From Setoptus koraiensis (Eukaryota; Animalia; Arthropoda): a stretch of DNA of 64,000 nucleotides. The stretch's first letter is position 1; each line of letters opens with the position of its first letter. The notes beneath the pieces were generated by a model that was not told where the DNA came from, did no database searches, and saw nothing but the letters and a program-made list of their open reading frames with translations. Where the stretch lies: assembly GCA_048013815.1 (NCBI GenBank), contig CM106585.1, positions 11,656,001 to 11,720,000 of the forward strand, read 5' to 3'. Below, one piece after another: positions 62,307 through 64,000 of the stretch. A program made the position numbers and the translations under genes.

Positions 62307-63494
62307 ATGCCTCGATTTAACCAACACCTCCCGTCACCCGTGTCGCCAATGGACCAATTCGTTGAAGAGATAAGCCCAAAGGATCTTAAATTATTCGAGG
62401 CGATAGGACGCGGCAGTTATGGCACTGTGCGGATAGGGATTTGGAAAAAAAGGACGGTAGCCGTCAAAATATTCCAAACGGCGGAGGAAAGGGAATCATT
62501 TGAGGTTGAAGTTCAACAGTTGTCCTGCGTAAAACACCCAAACATTATCACTCTTTATGGTGCCTGCACCAAGAACCTACCCGCCTACCTGGTTATGGAA
62601 TATGCCGAGAGCGGCAGCCTGAACCACCTCCTGCATGAGACGGCAAATCCATATGATTTAAATAACGCACTCAGTTGGGCCCTTCAGACGGCTAAAGGCG
62701 TTGCCTATCTACATAATATGAAACCAAAACCAATCATGCATCGCGACCTTAAACCCGCCAACTTATTATTATTTTCAGGCGGCAGTATACTAAAAATTTG
62801 CGACTTTGGAACCGCCTGTGCCGTCAGGACTCAAATGACTAACAACACCGGATCAGCCAGTTACATGGCGCCGGAGGTGTTCAAGACCTCAAGCTACCAT
62901 GAGAAGTGTGATGTCTTTAGCTGGGCAATAGTACTGTGGGAAGTGTTGGCCAGGCGGAGGCCGTTTTGTAATAATGACGACGCAAACATTAATCCATATC
63001 AGATTATGTGGGCGATCAACAGCGGCGAACGGCCCAAGTCTCTGGAAAACTGTCCAGATGTGATAGAAAATCTGATGCAAAGGTCGTGGGCGGTTGAGCC
63101 CACAACCAGGCCCTCCATGATTGATATTGTTGAAGAAATGAAATATATATGCACACTACTTGGTCAATATTCGGATACCATCGACCATCTTATCGTAAGC
63201 CCTCACAAGAAATTGGATCCAAGTTTCAAGCCCATACCTCCCGATGGTGTGGATCATGAGTCGTTGATGTTATTCCGTCAGCAAAACAGATACAATAGTG
63301 AATATCTACGATTGACGCTCGAGGAGGAGATGCTAAAAGAACGCGACCTTTATCTAGACTCGATAGAAATAAATAGTGACGACAAAGAGTTTGCTCGACT
63401 TAGAGATGACATCAAAACACTGAGAAAGAGGAAATCGTCTATGATCGAACAATTCGACACTTTGAGGGAAGTGGATGGTTGGACGTTCGTATGA
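62307..63494 (+). CDS. MAP3K7: TGF-beta-activated kinase 1 (MAP3K7)-like kinase, compact and intronless
   Basis: GRGSYG, VAVK, HRDLKPANLLL, DFGTA...MTNNTGSASYMAPEVF, EKCDVFSW. The C-terminal helix ESLMLFRQQNRYNSEYLR resembles the TAB2-binding region. Confidence 0.9.
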   Translation: MPRFNQHLPSPVSPMDQFVEEISPKDLKLFEAIGRGSYGTVRIGIWKKRTVAVKIFQTAEERESFEVEVQQLSCVKHPNIITLYGACTKNLPAYLVMEYAESGSLNHLLHETANPYDLNNALSWALQTAKGVAYLHNMKPKPIMHRDLKPANLLLFSGGSILKICDFGTACAVRTQMTNNTGSASYMAPEVFKTSSYHEKCDVFSWAIVLWEVLARRRPFCNNDDANINPYQIMWAINSGERPKSLENCPDVIENLMQRSWAVEPTTRPSMIDIVEEMKYICTLLGQYSDTIDHLIVSPHKKLDPSFKPIPPDGVDHESLMLFRQQNRYNSEYLRLTLEEEMLKERDLYLDSIEINSDDKEFARLRDDIKTLRKRKSSMIEQFDTLREVDGWTFV

Positions 63495-64000
63495 AGGATA
63501 AATTTTTATACAATTATCACCTCGTTGATTTCAATTTTTAAATTAAAGCTCATTATATTGAGTTTCATTTATTCAGTCATTTAGTCGACAACAATGCACT
63601 CAAAATATTTTTTAGACATTAATCACACATTACACTATTTCGAAATGTAGAATTGATTGCGTGTGGTGGACCATAGATATTGATAAACTTTCGTGGGTGA
63701 TAATGGATAATGATAGGTGTAATATCTGACTACGGTAGTTGAATTATCTGATGGTTATCGAAACAAGAACCAGCGATCATTTGACTTGGTTACAACCTAG
63801 TTAGAACTGCTGGAGTGATCGAGTTAATTATTGAGGGCAACGTTCAAACCGAGAAAATCACTTTTATCAGTTCCACTTTCATCAGTGGATACGCATAGGC
63901 AATTATCTAACTTTTTGTTAGTGTTTCCGCTATTTAATGATTGGTAGTACAACATAAAAATCGACTATTAACAACTAAATTAGAAATATATTCAATATCT

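Noticed and set aside
28534-63494. raw and TAK1 as a JNK-pathway gene cluster
   Set aside because: They are 32 kb apart with many unrelated genes between; coincidence is sufficient.

Overview
Eukaryotic, animal (arthropod-like) DNA with GT-AG introns. The many intronless housekeeping genes and ~90-120 nt introns suggest a compact-genome mite; this is inference, not confirmed. Genes recognised, left to right: an SLC17-type transporter (first exon), a ~2,500-aa disordered multi-exon protein, a Gln-rich secreted protein, LAMP, OST4, a second SLC17 transporter, raw, Limpet (PET + 6 LIM), TMEM165/GDT1, RPS3A, a mitochondrial TFB2-like factor, a Dicer, an NTPDase, an ABCG half-transporter, a Gln/His-rich protein and TAK1. 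No CRISPR array, rRNA, tRNA or transposase was found. The most striking unexplained structure is RNA-level. The Dicer appears to lack its helicase, and the ~500-nt non-coding gap between its PAZ and RNase III exons is essentially one nested fold-back (49161-49657). A perfect 100-bp inverted duplication starts a few bases past the ABCG stop codon (55553-55652 / 56183-56282). Two further palindromic elements lie at 2221-2415 and 14889-14941. All alignments, splice calls and pairings were done by eye; no folding or database search was run.
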